A stretch of DNA of 64,000 nucleotides from Geminicoccaceae bacterium (GTDB lineage: Bacteria; Pseudomonadota; Alphaproteobacteria; Geminicoccales; Geminicoccaceae). Below are positions 47,126 through 57,832 of the stretch, piece after piece; the first letter of the stretch is position 1; the number at the start of each line of letters is the position of its first letter. The DNA lies in assembly GCA_041398005.1 (NCBI GenBank), contig JAWKVP010000003.1:55607-119606 (forward strand), given 5' to 3'. The notes under the pieces were generated by a model. That model saw nothing but the letters and a program-made list of their open reading frames with translations, did not search any database and was not told where the DNA came from. The position numbers and the translations under genes are program-made.

Positions 47126-49408
47126 TCAAAAGCGCGTACCGAACGAGATCCGGAAACTCTCCGTCTCGTCCTCATCCTCCTCCACAAGGGCCTGGGAGAA
47201 ATCGATGGAAAGTGGCCCGAGCGGCGAAAGCCAGGAAAGACCGACACCCGCGCCGACGCGAAGATCGCCGCTGTCCTGCAGGGACGGGCCATTGACATCG
47301 ATCTCCGTCAGCGTGCCGGCATCGACGAACGTCCGCCCGAACATGCGCAGTTCCTCGGGCAGTCCGAGCGGGAACCGCAGTTCCGCCGTACCCGTATAGT
47401 ACAGATTGCCGCCGAGCGCATCCTCGGTGAGCGAGTCCCTCGGACCGATGCCGCCCGCACTGAAACCGCGCAGGCTCGACCCGCCGATGAAGAACCGGTT
47501 GGAGAGGTGAACGTCCTCCCCGGAAAATCCGAAGATGTAGCCGATACCACCGCCGAGATTGAGCACCACGTCAGGCACGAACTGGAAATAATAGTCGGCA
47601 CGCCCTTCATGCATCAGGAACCTGTTGTCGCCGCCGAGACCGGCGAGTTCCTGATCCAGACGCAGGAGATAGCCCTCGGAGGGAAGAAAGCGGGTATCCC
47701 GCCGGTCGTAGCTCAGGGTCTGGCCGATCGCCGAGGTGAGCCGGCTGCCCTCCTCGTCGCGAATGAAGACCGAGGCCGAGTTGGACACGTTCTCGATCTC
47801 GTCATCACGCAATGTGTAACGGACCGAATGACGAAGATGCTCGGTCAGCGGATAGCCGGCCCGAAGGACGCCACCGGTCGAGGTCTCGTCGAACGAGCTT
47901 TCCGACTGATAGTCGGTCTTGCGACGGAAGACATCGAAACCGGCGGCAAGCTCGCGATTGAGGAAATAGGGTTCGGTAAAGCTGAACTCGATGTCCTGGC
48001 GGCGTCCGGAGACCGTGAAATTGCCGCTGACCGTCTGTCCCCGGCCGAGCAGGTTGCGCTCGGTCAACCGGATATCGAACAGCGGACCGTCACTGGTCGA
48101 GAAGCCGGCACCGAAGGAAAGCTCGCCGGTCGAGCGTTCGGAGACCTTGATCCCGATATCGATGCGGTCCGATGCGGCCGCTGGCGTGGTCGAGACATCG
48201 ACAGTCTCGAAATATCCGAGATTGCGGATACGCTGCTGCGAGCGGCGGAGCAGCGCCACATTGTAGGCGTCGCCCTCGGCGAGACGCATCTCGCGGCGGA
48301 TCACCTCGTCCAGCGTGCGCACATTGCCGGAAATATCGATGCGGTTGACATAGACCCGCTGGCCCTCGTTGATCGTGAAATCGATGTCGATCGCAAGGTC
48401 GGTGTGATCGATGTTGGTGACGGGATCGATGCTGGCGAAGGCGTAACCGAGTTCGCCGGTCTTGTCGGTCAGCGCATCGATCGTGTTCTCGACGAGTTCC
48501 GCATTGTAGATTTCGCCGCTCTCCATCTCGACCAGTTCCTCGAGCTGGTCGACCGACAGATCGCGGATCGTGCTCGACAGCCCGATCAGGCCGAAACGGT
48601 ACTGCTGTCCCTCATCGACGGTGAAGGTGATATAGAAGGCGCTTCCGTCCGGCGTGAGTTCGGCGATCGCCGAGACGACCGCGAATTCGGCATAGCCGCG
48701 TTCGAGATAGAAACGGCGCAGCAGTTCCTGGTCGAATGCCAGCCTGTCCGGATCGTAGGTGTCGGCGCTGGTGAGAATGCGCCAGAACGCGCTTTCCTTG
48801 GTCTCGATCACACCGCGCAGGGTACTGTCCGAAAACTGTTCGTTGCCGATGAAGCTGATGCCGGCGACCGAGGTCTCGGGCCCTTCCTCGATCTCGAAAA
48901 CGAGATCGACGCGGTTCTGGTCGAGTTCGATGATCTTGGGTTCGACCTGTGCCGCATAGCGGCCATTGCGGCGATAGATCTCGATGATCCGCGACACGGC
49001 GGTCTGCACCTTGGCGCGGGTGTAGACCGTGCGCGGACGGATCTGGACTTCCGCATCGAGCACCTCGTCCTCGATCCGCAGGTTCCCTTCGAAGGCAACG
49101 CGATTGACGATCGGATTCTCGATCAGTCGCACGAGCAGCGTGTCGCCCGAACGGGTGATCGAGACATCGTCGAAAAGGCCGGTGGCGAACAGGTTCTTGA
49201 GGGAACGGTCGAGCGCCGACGGATCGAACGGATCACCGGGCCGGACCGCAAGATAACTCTCGACGGTCGCGGATTCGATCCGCTCGTTTCCTTCGATGAC
49301 AATATCCCTTATCGGATCGCCAGCCGTTTGCGCGTAAGAAATTCCTGAAATCGAGAGTTGAGCCGCAAGACACAGTACGGCTCCGATGAAAGGCAGAAAG
49401 CGACGCAT
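47126..49408 (-). CDS. bamA: Outer membrane protein assembly factor BamA
   Basis: 760 aa with a signal peptide. POTRA repeats begin IRDIVIEGNERIESATVESYL. C-terminal beta-barrel ends ...SFRISFGTRF. Confidence 0.95.
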   Translation of the reverse strand: MRRFLPFIGAVLCLAAQLSISGISYAQTAGDPIRDIVIEGNERIESATVESYLAVRPGDPFDPSALDRSLKNLFATGLFDDVSITRSGDTLLVRLIENPIVNRVAFEGNLRIEDEVLDAEVQIRPRTVYTRAKVQTAVSRIIEIYRRNGRYAAQVEPKIIELDQNRVDLVFEIEEGPETSVAGISFIGNEQFSDSTLRGVIETKESAFWRILTSADTYDPDRLAFDQELLRRFYLERGYAEFAVVSAIAELTPDGSAFYITFTVDEGQQYRFGLIGLSSTIRDLSVDQLEELVEMESGEIYNAELVENTIDALTDKTGELGYAFASIDPVTNIDHTDLAIDIDFTINEGQRVYVNRIDISGNVRTLDEVIRREMRLAEGDAYNVALLRRSQQRIRNLGYFETVDVSTTPAAASDRIDIGIKVSERSTGELSFGAGFSTSDGPLFDIRLTERNLLGRGQTVSGNFTVSGRRQDIEFSFTEPYFLNRELAAGFDVFRRKTDYQSESSFDETSTGGVLRAGYPLTEHLRHSVRYTLRDDEIENVSNSASVFIRDEEGSRLTSAIGQTLSYDRRDTRFLPSEGYLLRLDQELAGLGGDNRFLMHEGRADYYFQFVPDVVLNLGGGIGYIFGFSGEDVHLSNRFFIGGSSLRGFSAGGIGPRDSLTEDALGGNLYYTGTAELRFPLGLPEELRMFGRTFVDAGTLTEIDVNGPSLQDSGDLRVGAGVGLSWLSPLGPLSIDFSQALVEEDEDETESFRISFGTRF

Positions 49409-49442
49409 GATCGAACCCTAGTCTCCAAGCCCCGACAGCATT

Positions 49443-49470
49443 CACCCTGCCTTGGGCGTCCGGCAGGGTG
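49443..49470 (-). other. 9-bp stem hairpin between rseP and bamA
   Basis: CACCCTGCC (49443-49451), 10-nt loop, GGCAGGGTG (49462-49470). No U-tract follows. It could be an attenuator, a processing site or a REP-like element. Confidence 0.35.
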
Positions 49471-49568
49471 GCGCGCTCGTGGAGACGTTGCGGCTGACGT
49501 GATTGGAGAACCGGGTTCGATGTGGCAGGCGGTGCGGATGCTTCAGCCTGCCCTGCCCGCCTGATCGA

Positions 49569-50690
49569 TCAGGAAATGAGCCCGGTCACGAACTCGATGA
49601 CATCGAGATGCACAAGGTCGTTCCATGTCGCGAACACCATGAGACTCAATACCATCGCCAGCCCGACCCGAAAGGCAATTTCCTGACTTCGTTCCGTCAA
49701 CGGCCGTCCACGTGCGGCCTCGATGGTGTAGAGCACGAGATGACCGCCGTCCAGCATCGGGATGGGAAAGAGGTTGATCAATCCAAGATTGATTGAAAGT
49801 ACGGCTGTAAACCAGATAACCGGGACGATCCCGTCCTGGGCGATCTCTCCGGACATCTGGGCAATCCGCAATGGCCCGCCGAGTTCGTCGGCACTGCGGC
49901 TACCCACGATCATCTCGCCAAGGGCGCGAAGCGTGCCCGTGACCATCTTTCCGGTTTCGGCGAACGCCTCGAACACCGCCGAGCCGGGCGAACTGGTGCG
50001 GAATTCGATGGCGTTGCTGGTGATGCCGATCAGGCCCACACGGTGGAACTGGCCGAAACGATCCTCGATCTCCTGAAGCTCGGGCGTGACGACGACATCG
50101 AAGGTCCCTTCGCCGCGCTCGACGGTGAAGTTCAACGGCACTTCGGCCGACGGCCGCACATACTCCTGCAGATCCTGGAAGCTCTCGATCGCCGCGCCAT
50201 CGACCGCGACGATGCGGTCATCGGTCACGAGCCCCGCCGCCGCGGCCGGGCTTCCATCCCGCACATCGGCAACGACCGCCGGTGTGTAGGGACGGCCGCT
50301 CATCATGAAGAGGAGAGCCAGAACAACGATGGCGAAAATGAAATTGGCCGCCGGCCCCGCGAACACGACGGCCATGCGCTGCCAGACGCTCTTGGCCGGA
50401 AAACTGTCCGGATCGCTCGCCGTCCCGGCATCGGCGGTCGCGCTCGTCGCGTCCGCGTCACCCAGCATCTTCACATAGCCGCCAAGCGGTATCCAGCTGA
50501 ACTTCCAGCGCGTGCCATGCCGGTCGTTGAAGCCGAACAGCTCCTGACCGAAGCCGATGGAAAAGGTCTCGACGCGAATGCCGTTCCGCCGGGCGACCCA
50601 GTAATGACCATACTCGTGCACGAACACGACGACGGAGAGAATGATCAGGAACGGGAGAACATATCCGGTGATCTGATTGATCAGGTCCAT
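49569..50690 (-). CDS. rseP: Site-2 zinc metalloprotease RseP
   Basis: HEYGHYWVAR (HExxH motif) in TM1, a PDZ domain, and the NLFPIPMLDGGH motif. Confidence 0.93.
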   Translation of the reverse strand: MDLINQITGYVLPFLIILSVVVFVHEYGHYWVARRNGIRVETFSIGFGQELFGFNDRHGTRWKFSWIPLGGYVKMLGDADATSATADAGTASDPDSFPAKSVWQRMAVVFAGPAANFIFAIVVLALLFMMSGRPYTPAVVADVRDGSPAAAAGLVTDDRIVAVDGAAIESFQDLQEYVRPSAEVPLNFTVERGEGTFDVVVTPELQEIEDRFGQFHRVGLIGITSNAIEFRTSSPGSAVFEAFAETGKMVTGTLRALGEMIVGSRSADELGGPLRIAQMSGEIAQDGIVPVIWFTAVLSINLGLINLFPIPMLDGGHLVLYTIEAARGRPLTERSQEIAFRVGLAMVLSLMVFATWNDLVHLDVIEFVTGLIS

Positions 50691-50712
50691 TCGAGGCCTT
50701 TCGATCGACGGT

Positions 50713-51915
50713 CTAGACGGCTAGCCTTGCGCGACGGGTGACGGATTCCTGCGCGTGGCGGCGCGCGGAGCGATCATACGCCAGCACTTCTTCAAGAGAC
50801 GTTAACGCACGGGAATCGACCCTCTCGAGCGCCGTCTCGACGATCGAGACGATATCGAGAAAGCCGATACGCCGTTCGAGAAACGCGGCAACCGCCACCT
50901 CGTTGGCCGCATTGAAGAGAATAGGTGCGGTACCGCCCGCATTCAAGGCCTCGCGCGCCAGCCGAAGGGCCGGGAACCGGCCGGTATCCGGCGCCTCGAA
51001 ATCGAGCGAGCCGATGGCCGCGAGGTCCAGTCGGGTCGTGCCGACCTCGAGCCGCGATGGCCAGCCGAGCGCGTGGGCAATCGGCACCCGCATGTCCGGC
51101 GGGCTCAGCTGCGCGAGGGTCGAGCCATCGGTGAAGGTGACGAGACTGTGGATGATCGACTGCGGATGGACCACCACCTCGATGGAACGCTCCTCGATGC
51201 CGAAGAGATAATGCGCTTCGATGAGTTCGAGCGCCTTGTTCATCATCGTCGCACTGTCGATGGAAATCTTCGTACCCATCGACCATTTGGGATGTGCCAG
51301 CGCATCCTCGCGGCTCGCCGCCGACATGCGCTCGCGGCTCCAGCAGCGGAAGGGGCCGCCGGACGCGGTCAGCGTCAGCCTCTCGACGGAGGTCCTGCAG
51401 CTTCCGGCGATCGCCTGGAACATCGCATTGTGCTCGGAATCGACCGGCAGCAGCGTGGCACCATTGCGTGCGACCTCCGAGAGCATCAGCGGGCCGGCGC
51501 AGACGAGGCATTCCTTGTTGGCGAGACCGATCAGCGCGCCGCGCCGGATCGCCGCCAGTGTCGGCTCGAGCCCGGAAGCGCCGACGATGGATGCCATGAC
51601 GAAATCGGCGTCCATCTCCGCCGCCTCGATGATTGCCCGTTCGCCGCCCCGCGCCTCGATTCCCGTGCCTTCGAGCAGGCTCTGCAGGCGTGGCAGCAGG
51701 TCGTTCCTGCCGATCACCGCCCGCTCGGCATCGAGTTCCACCGCCAGCCGCGCCAGTTCATCGACCCGCGACCAGGCGGTCAGCGCCTTGACGCGGAAAC
51801 GCTCCGGCGTCTCCTTGATGACTCTCGCGGTGCTGCCACCGACCGATCCGGTCGCACCGAGAATGGTCACGCTGCGCGGCTGCCCGGCGGTGGGAGAAGC
51901 GATGGCAACGGTCAT
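50713..51915 (-). CDS. dxr: 1-deoxy-D-xylulose-5-phosphate reductoisomerase
   Basis: SVTILGATGSVGGST NADPH-binding site, plus LANKECLV and PVDSEHNA motifs. ATG 51915 overlaps the cdsA stop (ATGA). The track ORF extends spuriously to 52287. Confidence 0.93.
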   Translation of the reverse strand: MTVAIASPTAGQPRSVTILGATGSVGGSTARVIKETPERFRVKALTAWSRVDELARLAVELDAERAVIGRNDLLPRLQSLLEGTGIEARGGERAIIEAAEMDADFVMASIVGASGLEPTLAAIRRGALIGLANKECLVCAGPLMLSEVARNGATLLPVDSEHNAMFQAIAGSCRTSVERLTLTASGGPFRCWSRERMSAASREDALAHPKWSMGTKISIDSATMMNKALELIEAHYLFGIEERSIEVVVHPQSIIHSLVTFTDGSTLAQLSPPDMRVPIAHALGWPSRLEVGTTRLDLAAIGSLDFEAPDTGRFPALRLAREALNAGGTAPILFNAANEVAVAAFLERRIGFLDIVSIVETALERVDSRALTSLEEVLAYDRSARRHAQESVTRRARLAV

Positions 51916-52721
51916 GAGATCCCTCCAGTCGCAAGCACCAGCGCCAGGACAGGCAATGCCGGCATGTAGCCATCGAGGCGGTCCAGAAGCCCTCCATGGC
52001 CGGGAATGAGTGTTCCGCTGTCCTTTACGCCGGCGCGCCGCTTGAGCCAGGATTCGAACAGGTCGCCACCCTGCGCGATCAGGGCGAGAGCAAGGGCGAG
52101 GATCGCCGCAGAGGCCGCACCGAAGGCGATGAACGGTGAAAGCGCGGCACCGGTGATCGCCGCACCGGCGGCACCGCCGGCAAGCCCCGACCATGTCTTG
52201 CCGGGACTGATCCTCGGGGCGAGTTTCGCACCGCCCACCGCCGAGCCGACGAAATAGGCGGCACAGTCGGTAGCGATGACGACGCAAACGAGCCAGATCA
52301 ACCGTTCCAGCCCGTCACCGGCACTGCGCAACCAGAGAAAGGCGAGCGTTGGCAGGGTGATGTAGAACGCGCCCGAGAAAAAGGCCAGGCTCTCCACCCG
52401 CGCCCGGACGAAAGCGAAAACCAGCACGGCAACGGCCGCCGCGAGGATCAGAGCGAGCGTCACCGCCGTTCCGTCCACCCGCCAGCCCATCGCGTGGACG
52501 AACGCGAAAAGGGCCACCACCTGAAGCGGTGCGGCGGCATGGGCGAGATGATCGTGAAGGGTCGGCCGGGGCATCGTCAGGGCGGTCCATTCACGCACCA
52601 GTCCCCAGATCAGGAGCGGCAATGCCGCAAGGAGCAGCCATCCCCCCGCGAAGATCACGAGCGCCGCAAGAAGGGCGGCAAGCACGCCGCCGAACAGTCG
52701 CGGACGCAGATCCGGACGCAT
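51912..52721 (-). CDS. cdsA: Phosphatidate cytidylyltransferase
   Basis: Polytopic protein. C-terminal signature SWLKRRAGVKDSGTLIPGHGGLLDRLD. The probable start is MRPDLRP at 52721. Confidence 0.9.
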   Translation of the reverse strand: MRPDLRPRLFGGVLAALLAALVIFAGGWLLLAALPLLIWGLVREWTALTMPRPTLHDHLAHAAAPLQVVALFAFVHAMGWRVDGTAVTLALILAAAVAVLVFAFVRARVESLAFFSGAFYITLPTLAFLWLRSAGDGLERLIWLVCVVIATDCAAYFVGSAVGGAKLAPRISPGKTWSGLAGGAAGAAITGAALSPFIAFGAASAAILALALALIAQGGDLFESWLKRRAGVKDSGTLIPGHGGLLDRLDGYMPALPVLALVLATGGIS

Positions 52722-52725
52722 GCCG

Positions 52726-53472
52726 CTAGCCGGGCCGGGCGCCGTAGCGCCGCTCGCGAACCGAGTACAGTTCGATGGCATCGCGCAGATGCTCCTCGCT
52801 GAACTCGGGCCACGCGATATCGAGAAACACGAATTCGGTATAGGCAAGCTGCCAGAGAAGGAAATTGCTGATCCGTTGCTCACCGCTCGTGCGGATCAGA
52901 AGGTCAGGGTCCGGAATGCCCGCGGTGTAGAGATATTCCGCGACCTTCGCCTCATCGATCGATGAGGGATCGAGCCGGCCGGCGGCCACCTCTCTGGCGA
53001 TCGAACCGGCGGCATGGACGATCTCGTCGCGCCCGCCGTAGCTGAGCGCCACCAGAAGCGTGAGCCGCTCATTGGCCCTCGTCTTGGCTTCCGCTCGCTC
53101 GATCAGATCGCGGATATCGGCATCGAGGCGCTCCCTGTCACCGATGATCCGCACCCTGACACCATTGGCGTGCAGCGCATTGATCTCCTTCTGCAGATAG
53201 AAACGCAGAAGGTTCATCAGTTCGCCGACCTCGCCCATGGGCCTGCGCCAGTTCTCCGACGAGAAGGCATAGAGGGTCAGATAGCGGACGCCCAGCCTGC
53301 AACAGCCCTCGACCGCCCGGCGGACCGACTCCGCACCATGCTTGTGCCCGTAGATGGGGGGCATGCCGCGTGCCCTCGCCCAGCGCCGGTTCCCGTCCAT
53401 GATGATCGCGACATGGGTCGGCGAAGGCGCGTCCTCGCCCGCTTGGTCGGCGATCTCTGCTCGGGAGTTCAA
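52726..53472 (-). CDS. uppS: Undecaprenyl-diphosphate synthase (cis-prenyltransferase)
   Basis: HVAIIMDGNRRWA and FSSENWRRP motifs. There is no in-frame ATG between the frr stop and the conserved core. TTG 53472 gives 248 aa. The start is uncertain. Confidence 0.88.
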   Translation of the reverse strand: MNSRAEIADQAGEDAPSPTHVAIIMDGNRRWARARGMPPIYGHKHGAESVRRAVEGCCRLGVRYLTLYAFSSENWRRPMGEVGELMNLLRFYLQKEINALHANGVRVRIIGDRERLDADIRDLIERAEAKTRANERLTLLVALSYGGRDEIVHAAGSIAREVAAGRLDPSSIDEAKVAEYLYTAGIPDPDLLIRTSGEQRISNFLLWQLAYTEFVFLDIAWPEFSEEHLRDAIELYSVRERRYGARPG

Positions 53473-53483
53473 TGGCTTCGGCC

Positions 53484-54050
53484 TCAGACGGTCTTGATGT
53501 CCTGTTCCTTCTGCTCGAGCAGGTGATTGATCGACTGGATATGGCTGTCGGTCAGCCCCTGAACCTCGTCGGCCCAGATCTTGTGATCGTCCTGCGAGAG
53601 CTCCCCATCCTTTTCCATGCGCTTGAGCTCGTCCATGCCGGTCCGGCGGACATTGCGTACCGCGATCCGCGCTTCTTCGGCATATTTGTGCGCGACCTTG
53701 ACGAGTTCGCTGCGCCGCTCCTCGCTCAGCTCGGGAATGGGAACCCGCACGAGCGTGCCGTCGGCAGCCGGATTGAGACCCAGCGAGGCGTTGCGGATGG
53801 CCTTTTCCACCGCCTTTACGAGGCCCTTGTCCCACACCTGAACGGACAACATGCGCGATTCGGGAACGCTGATGGTGCCGACCTGGTTGAGCGGCATGTC
53901 GGCGCCATAGGCCTCGACCACCACCGGCTCGAGCAGGCTGGCCGAGGCACGCCCCGCGCGCAGGCCGACGAGCTCCTTGCGCAGCACATCGACCGCACCG
54001 TCCATCCGCCGATCGAGATCGCCGATGTCCAGTTCGCCATCCTCACTCAT
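53484..54050 (-). CDS. frr: Ribosome recycling factor
   Basis: 188 aa. Contains [37 protein letters not shown] 54050 overlaps the pyrH stop (ATGA), with GGGAGG upstream. Confidence 0.95.
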   Translation of the reverse strand: MSEDGELDIGDLDRRMDGAVDVLRKELVGLRAGRASASLLEPVVVEAYGADMPLNQVGTISVPESRMLSVQVWDKGLVKAVEKAIRNASLGLNPAADGTLVRVPIPELSEERRSELVKVAHKYAEEARIAVRNVRRTGMDELKRMEKDGELSQDDHKIWADEVQGLTDSHIQSINHLLEQKEQDIKTV

Positions 54051-54802
54051 GCGTTTCCTCCCTTGCCCGCGCCTTCCTCGATGATCGTATGCGGTTCCTC
54101 TCCGCGCAGGACCCGGGCGAAAGCCCCTGCTGCGTGCACCGAGAAGACGATGATGGGGATATTGCTCTCGCGCGCAAGGGAGATTGCGGACGCATCCATG
54201 ACCTTGAGATCCCTGGACAGCACCTCGAGATAGCCGAGCCGTTCCAGACGCCGGGCATTTGGGTCCTTTTTCGGATCGGCGGTGTAGACACCATCGACCT
54301 GCGTGCCCTTGAGCAACAGGTCGCATCCCATTTCGGACGCGCGAAGGGCTGCCGCCGTATCGGTGGTGAAAAAGGGATTGCCCGTGCCGCCGGCGAAGAT
54401 CACCACCCGCCCCTTTTCCAGATGGCGCACGGCACGGCGGCGGATATAGGGTTCGCACACAGCGGCCATGGGAATGGCCGACATCACGCGGGTCGGAATG
54501 CCCGCCTGCTCGATCACGCTCTGCACGGCAATCGCGTTGATGACGGTGCCGAGCATGCCCATATAGTCGGCACTGGTACGCTCGACACCGGCGGATGCGA
54601 GCGACGCGCCGCGGATGATGTTGCCACCACCGATGACGATGCAGATCTCGACACCCAGCGCATGGGCTTCGGCGACATCGGACGCGAGCTGATGCAGGAC
54701 GGCGCGGTCATGACCGAAGCCCTGGTCTCCCATGAGCGCCTCGCCTGACATCTTGAGGAGGACGCGCCGGTGACCCGTCTTCGATGTCCCGCTGTCGCTC
54801 AT
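54047..54802 (-). CDS. pyrH: UMP kinase
   Basis: [14 protein letters not shown] and [10 protein letters not shown] motifs, 251 aa from ATG 54802. Confidence 0.94.
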   Translation of the reverse strand: MSDSGTSKTGHRRVLLKMSGEALMGDQGFGHDRAVLHQLASDVAEAHALGVEICIVIGGGNIIRGASLASAGVERTSADYMGMLGTVINAIAVQSVIEQAGIPTRVMSAIPMAAVCEPYIRRRAVRHLEKGRVVIFAGGTGNPFFTTDTAAALRASEMGCDLLLKGTQVDGVYTADPKKDPNARRLERLGYLEVLSRDLKVMDASAISLARESNIPIIVFSVHAAGAFARVLRGEEPHTIIEEGAGKGGNA

Positions 54803-54888
54803 GGCCTCGTCCGCTCCATCCAGTGCACCGGCGCATTCACTCCGTTCATCCGCCAATACACCAGCTCCTTGTTTTTGCATCAATTTGC

Positions 54889-54915
54889 CCAGACAGATCC
54901 GTACGATCTGTCTGG
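54889..54915 (-). terminator. 11-bp perfect stem, 5-nt loop hairpin between tsf and pyrH
   Basis: CCAGACAGATC-CGTAC-GATCTGTCTGG. A second GC-rich stem (GCCGCCGC...GCGGCGGC) lies closer to the tsf stop. No clear U-tract follows either. Confidence 0.45.
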
Positions 54916-54993
54916 ATCGATGCACCAGTTGAACCGCCGGCACCCCGCCGGGGCTGCCGCCGCCCGTCGTCACCCGGAGCGGCGGCGCACAAG

Positions 54994-55917
54994 TCAGCCT
55001 GCCAGCCTGGCGACCTCGGCGGCGAGATCGTCGTCCTTCTTCTCGACCCCCTCGCCAAGCGCCATGCGAACGAAATCCCTGACCTCGACGGGGCTGCCCA
55101 GGGCCTTCGCGGTATCGGCGACGGCATCCTTCACATGCTTGTCGGTATCGATCACATAGACCTGCTCGAGCAGCACGCTTTCCTCGTAGAACTTGCGCAG
55201 CCGACCCTCCACCATCTTCTCGATGATGTTCTCGGGCTTGCCGGAGGCACGCGCCTGATCCGCCAGCACGTTGCGCTCGCGCTCGACGACCGCCGGATCG
55301 AGGCTGGCGATGTCGACCGACTGCGGCGAGGTCGCGGCGACATGCATCGCGATCTGCCTGCCGAGTTCGCCGACCTGCTCCGCATCGCCGGCCGAGGCAA
55401 TCGCCACGAGCACGCCGATCTTGCCGAGACCCGGCGCCTGCTGGGCGTGGACATATCCACCCACGGCCCCTGCATCGACCTCGAGGAAGGCGGTACGCCG
55501 GAGCTGGATGTTCTCGCCGATGACGCCGACCGCATCGGCGATGCTGTCCGCCACGGACTTGCCCGTGGAGGGCAGGGTCAGGGCGAGAAGCGCGTCCAGA
55601 TCGCCACGGGCCTCCGTCGCCACACCGGCGATGGCCGTGACCAGCTCCTGGAACTGCTCGTTGCGGGCAACGAAGTCGGTTTCGGAATTGACCTCGACGA
55701 CAGCCCCCCTGTTGCCGGCGAGCGACAGGGCGATCAGGCCCTCGGAGGTGATGCGTCCGGCCTTCTTCGCGGCTGCGGCAAGCCCCTTCTTGCGCAGCCA
55801 GTCGATCGCCTCCTCCATGTCGCCGTCGGTCTCGCCCAGAGCCCTCTTGCAGTCCATCATGCCCGCTCCGGTCTTCTCCCGAAGCTGCTTGACGAGAGCG
55901 GCAGTGATCTCAGCCAT
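54994..55917 (-). CDS. tsf: Translation elongation factor Ts
   Basis: [27 protein letters not shown], 307 aa. Confidence 0.96.
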   Translation of the reverse strand: MAEITAALVKQLREKTGAGMMDCKRALGETDGDMEEAIDWLRKKGLAAAAKKAGRITSEGLIALSLAGNRGAVVEVNSETDFVARNEQFQELVTAIAGVATEARGDLDALLALTLPSTGKSVADSIADAVGVIGENIQLRRTAFLEVDAGAVGGYVHAQQAPGLGKIGVLVAIASAGDAEQVGELGRQIAMHVAATSPQSVDIASLDPAVVERERNVLADQARASGKPENIIEKMVEGRLRKFYEESVLLEQVYVIDTDKHVKDAVADTAKALGSPVEVRDFVRMALGEGVEKKDDDLAAEVARLAG

Positions 55918-55952
55918 GATATTCGAATCTCTCTGTCAGTGAACGGTCAGTC

Positions 55953-56828
55953 TCAGCCGGCGGCCTTCGCCTCTCCGGCATCGTCGGCACTTCCTGCGGG
56001 TTCGCTCCCGGCTGCGGGTTCGCTCCCGGCATCGGGTGCCCCGGCAACCGCCTCTTCCGCCGGCGCCTCGGCCTCGACGGGTTCGATTTCCTCGCCCATC
56101 AGTTCCTCGGCCTCGCCGATGTCGATCCCGCTCGCCGACATCTCCGCCTGAATGCCGTCGAGAATGGCGGCTACCGCGAGATCGCAATAGAGATTGATCG
56201 CCCGGCTGGCATCGTCATTGCCCGGAATCGGATAACGGATCCCTTCGGGATTGCTGTTGCTGTCGACCACCGCAACGACCGGAATGCCGAGCTTGCTGGC
56301 CTCGGCGATGGCGATCGACTCCTTGTTGGTGTCGATCACGAACAGGACATCGGGAACACCGCCCATGTCCTTGATGCCGCCGAGCGAGCGCTCGAGCTTT
56401 TCCTGCTCGCGCTGGAGCTGCAGCAGCTCCTTCTTGGTGAAGCCGCTGCTACCTTCGGAGAGCTTGCTCTCGAGATCGCGCAGGCGACGGATCGAGTTGG
56501 AGATGGTACGCCAGTTGGTCAGCATGCCGCCGAGCCAGCGGTGATTGACGTAATACTGGCCACTGCGCGCGGCGGCCTGGGCCACGGGCTCCTGTGCCTG
56601 TCGCTTGGTGCCGACGAACAGCACGCGACCGCCACCGGCGACCACGTCGCGCACCGCCTTGAGCGCATGATCCATCATCGGCACGGTCTGGGTCAGATCG
56701 AGGATGTGGACGCCGTTGCGCACACCGAAGATGAACTCGCCCATGCGCGGATTCCAGCGCCGGGTCTGATGGCCGAAATGAACGCCTGCTTCCAGCAGCT
56801 GACGCATGGTGAAATCGGGAAACGCCAT
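55953..56828 (-). CDS. rpsB: 30S ribosomal protein S2 with an acidic, Ala-rich C-terminal extension
   Basis: [27 protein letters not shown] from ATG 56828. The C-terminal tail contains the tandem repeat [12 protein letters not shown]. Confidence 0.95.
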   Translation of the reverse strand: MAFPDFTMRQLLEAGVHFGHQTRRWNPRMGEFIFGVRNGVHILDLTQTVPMMDHALKAVRDVVAGGGRVLFVGTKRQAQEPVAQAAARSGQYYVNHRWLGGMLTNWRTISNSIRRLRDLESKLSEGSSGFTKKELLQLQREQEKLERSLGGIKDMGGVPDVLFVIDTNKESIAIAEASKLGIPVVAVVDSNSNPEGIRYPIPGNDDASRAINLYCDLAVAAILDGIQAEMSASGIDIGEAEELMGEEIEPVEAEAPAEEAVAGAPDAGSEPAAGSEPAGSADDAGEAKAAG

Positions 56829-57016
56829 GTCCTGTCTTCCTGTACCGGTTTGTTCCGCCGCGGGTGTTGGATCCGGATGCCCGGACACCGGTGCGCGCCG
56901 CATGGTTGCGACCCACCCGCGTGAGAGGTCGGCGTTCCTTTACGCCCGCGGCGAGCCAAACGCAACCCCGCGCGCCCGCGACATCATCATCGCCGAATGC
57001 GGGGGCCGATACGCTG

Positions 57017-57763
57017 TCAGGCGGCGTCCAGGGCGCTTCCCCCTTCCGCACGGTCCGTTTCGTACTCGGGAAAGAAAAGCTGCATCATGCGCCTGTCATA
57101 GGCCACGAGATTGGGGTGAGCGGCAGCGCGGCGGGTCAGCGGGTTGTCGAAGGGCGTGCGCAGGAGATTGGCGGCAAAGGCGTGCGCGGTGCAGTCCACA
57201 CGGCGGGGAGCGTCACCCGACATGAACGGCTTGGTGCCGAGCGTGGCCGCCAGCGCGTCGATATCGCTGCTGCCGATCCCGTACATCTCGGCCGGATCAT
57301 GCAGGCCCAGCCCCTGCAATCGCAGGCGTGCATGCTGCTTTCGCTGCATGAGGGCGAAGATCGCCATGCGGACGGGAAACGGGAGACTCGCAAAGAACTG
57401 CCGCTTGATATGCTCCGCACCTTCGGGCTCGATCCAGCGGCTGTACAGGGCGATGAACAGCAGCCGGTCCTCGAGCATGGCCGTCAGCGCACGTCCACGG
57501 GCGCGCTCGGCATCGTCGAGCCCCGCATCGACATCGACACCGAAACGCTCGCTCAGCCGGTCGATGACGAGTTCACTGTCACCGATCCGCTCGCCATCGA
57601 GTTCGATCCAGGGGGCCTTGCCCTTGGGCCCCTTGCGCGGATCGGCGATCCACGCATTGCGATAGTCGAGACCGGCCAGTTTCAGGAAGCATTCGAGCTT
57701 CATGCAGAAGGGACTGAAGCTCGGCAGGGTCTTCGCGCGTGCGAACTGGTAGAGGACGATCAT
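57017..57763 (-). CDS. Glutathione S-transferase-fold protein (thioredoxin-like N-domain, metaxin/FAXC-like)
   Basis: MIVLYQFARAKTLPSFSPFCMKLECFLKLAGLDY...KGKAPWIELDGERIGDSELVIDRL. Confidence 0.7.
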   Translation of the reverse strand: MIVLYQFARAKTLPSFSPFCMKLECFLKLAGLDYRNAWIADPRKGPKGKAPWIELDGERIGDSELVIDRLSERFGVDVDAGLDDAERARGRALTAMLEDRLLFIALYSRWIEPEGAEHIKRQFFASLPFPVRMAIFALMQRKQHARLRLQGLGLHDPAEMYGIGSSDIDALAATLGTKPFMSGDAPRRVDCTAHAFAANLLRTPFDNPLTRRAAAHPNLVAYDRRMMQLFFPEYETDRAEGGSALDAA

Positions 57764-57832
57764 GGATCCATTCCCGACATATGGCCTGTCTTCCATGTCG
57801 GAGCATAGCACATGGCCCGTGCCACAAACATC

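Noticed and set aside
55953-56110. The acidic Ala/Glu/Pro-rich C-terminal extension of S2 with the [12 protein letters not shown] repeat, as a possible frameshift or fusion.
   Set aside because: It is in frame and continuous with a canonical S2 core. A low-complexity acidic tail of this kind looks like ordinary variable sequence rather than a frameshift, fusion or pseudogene.
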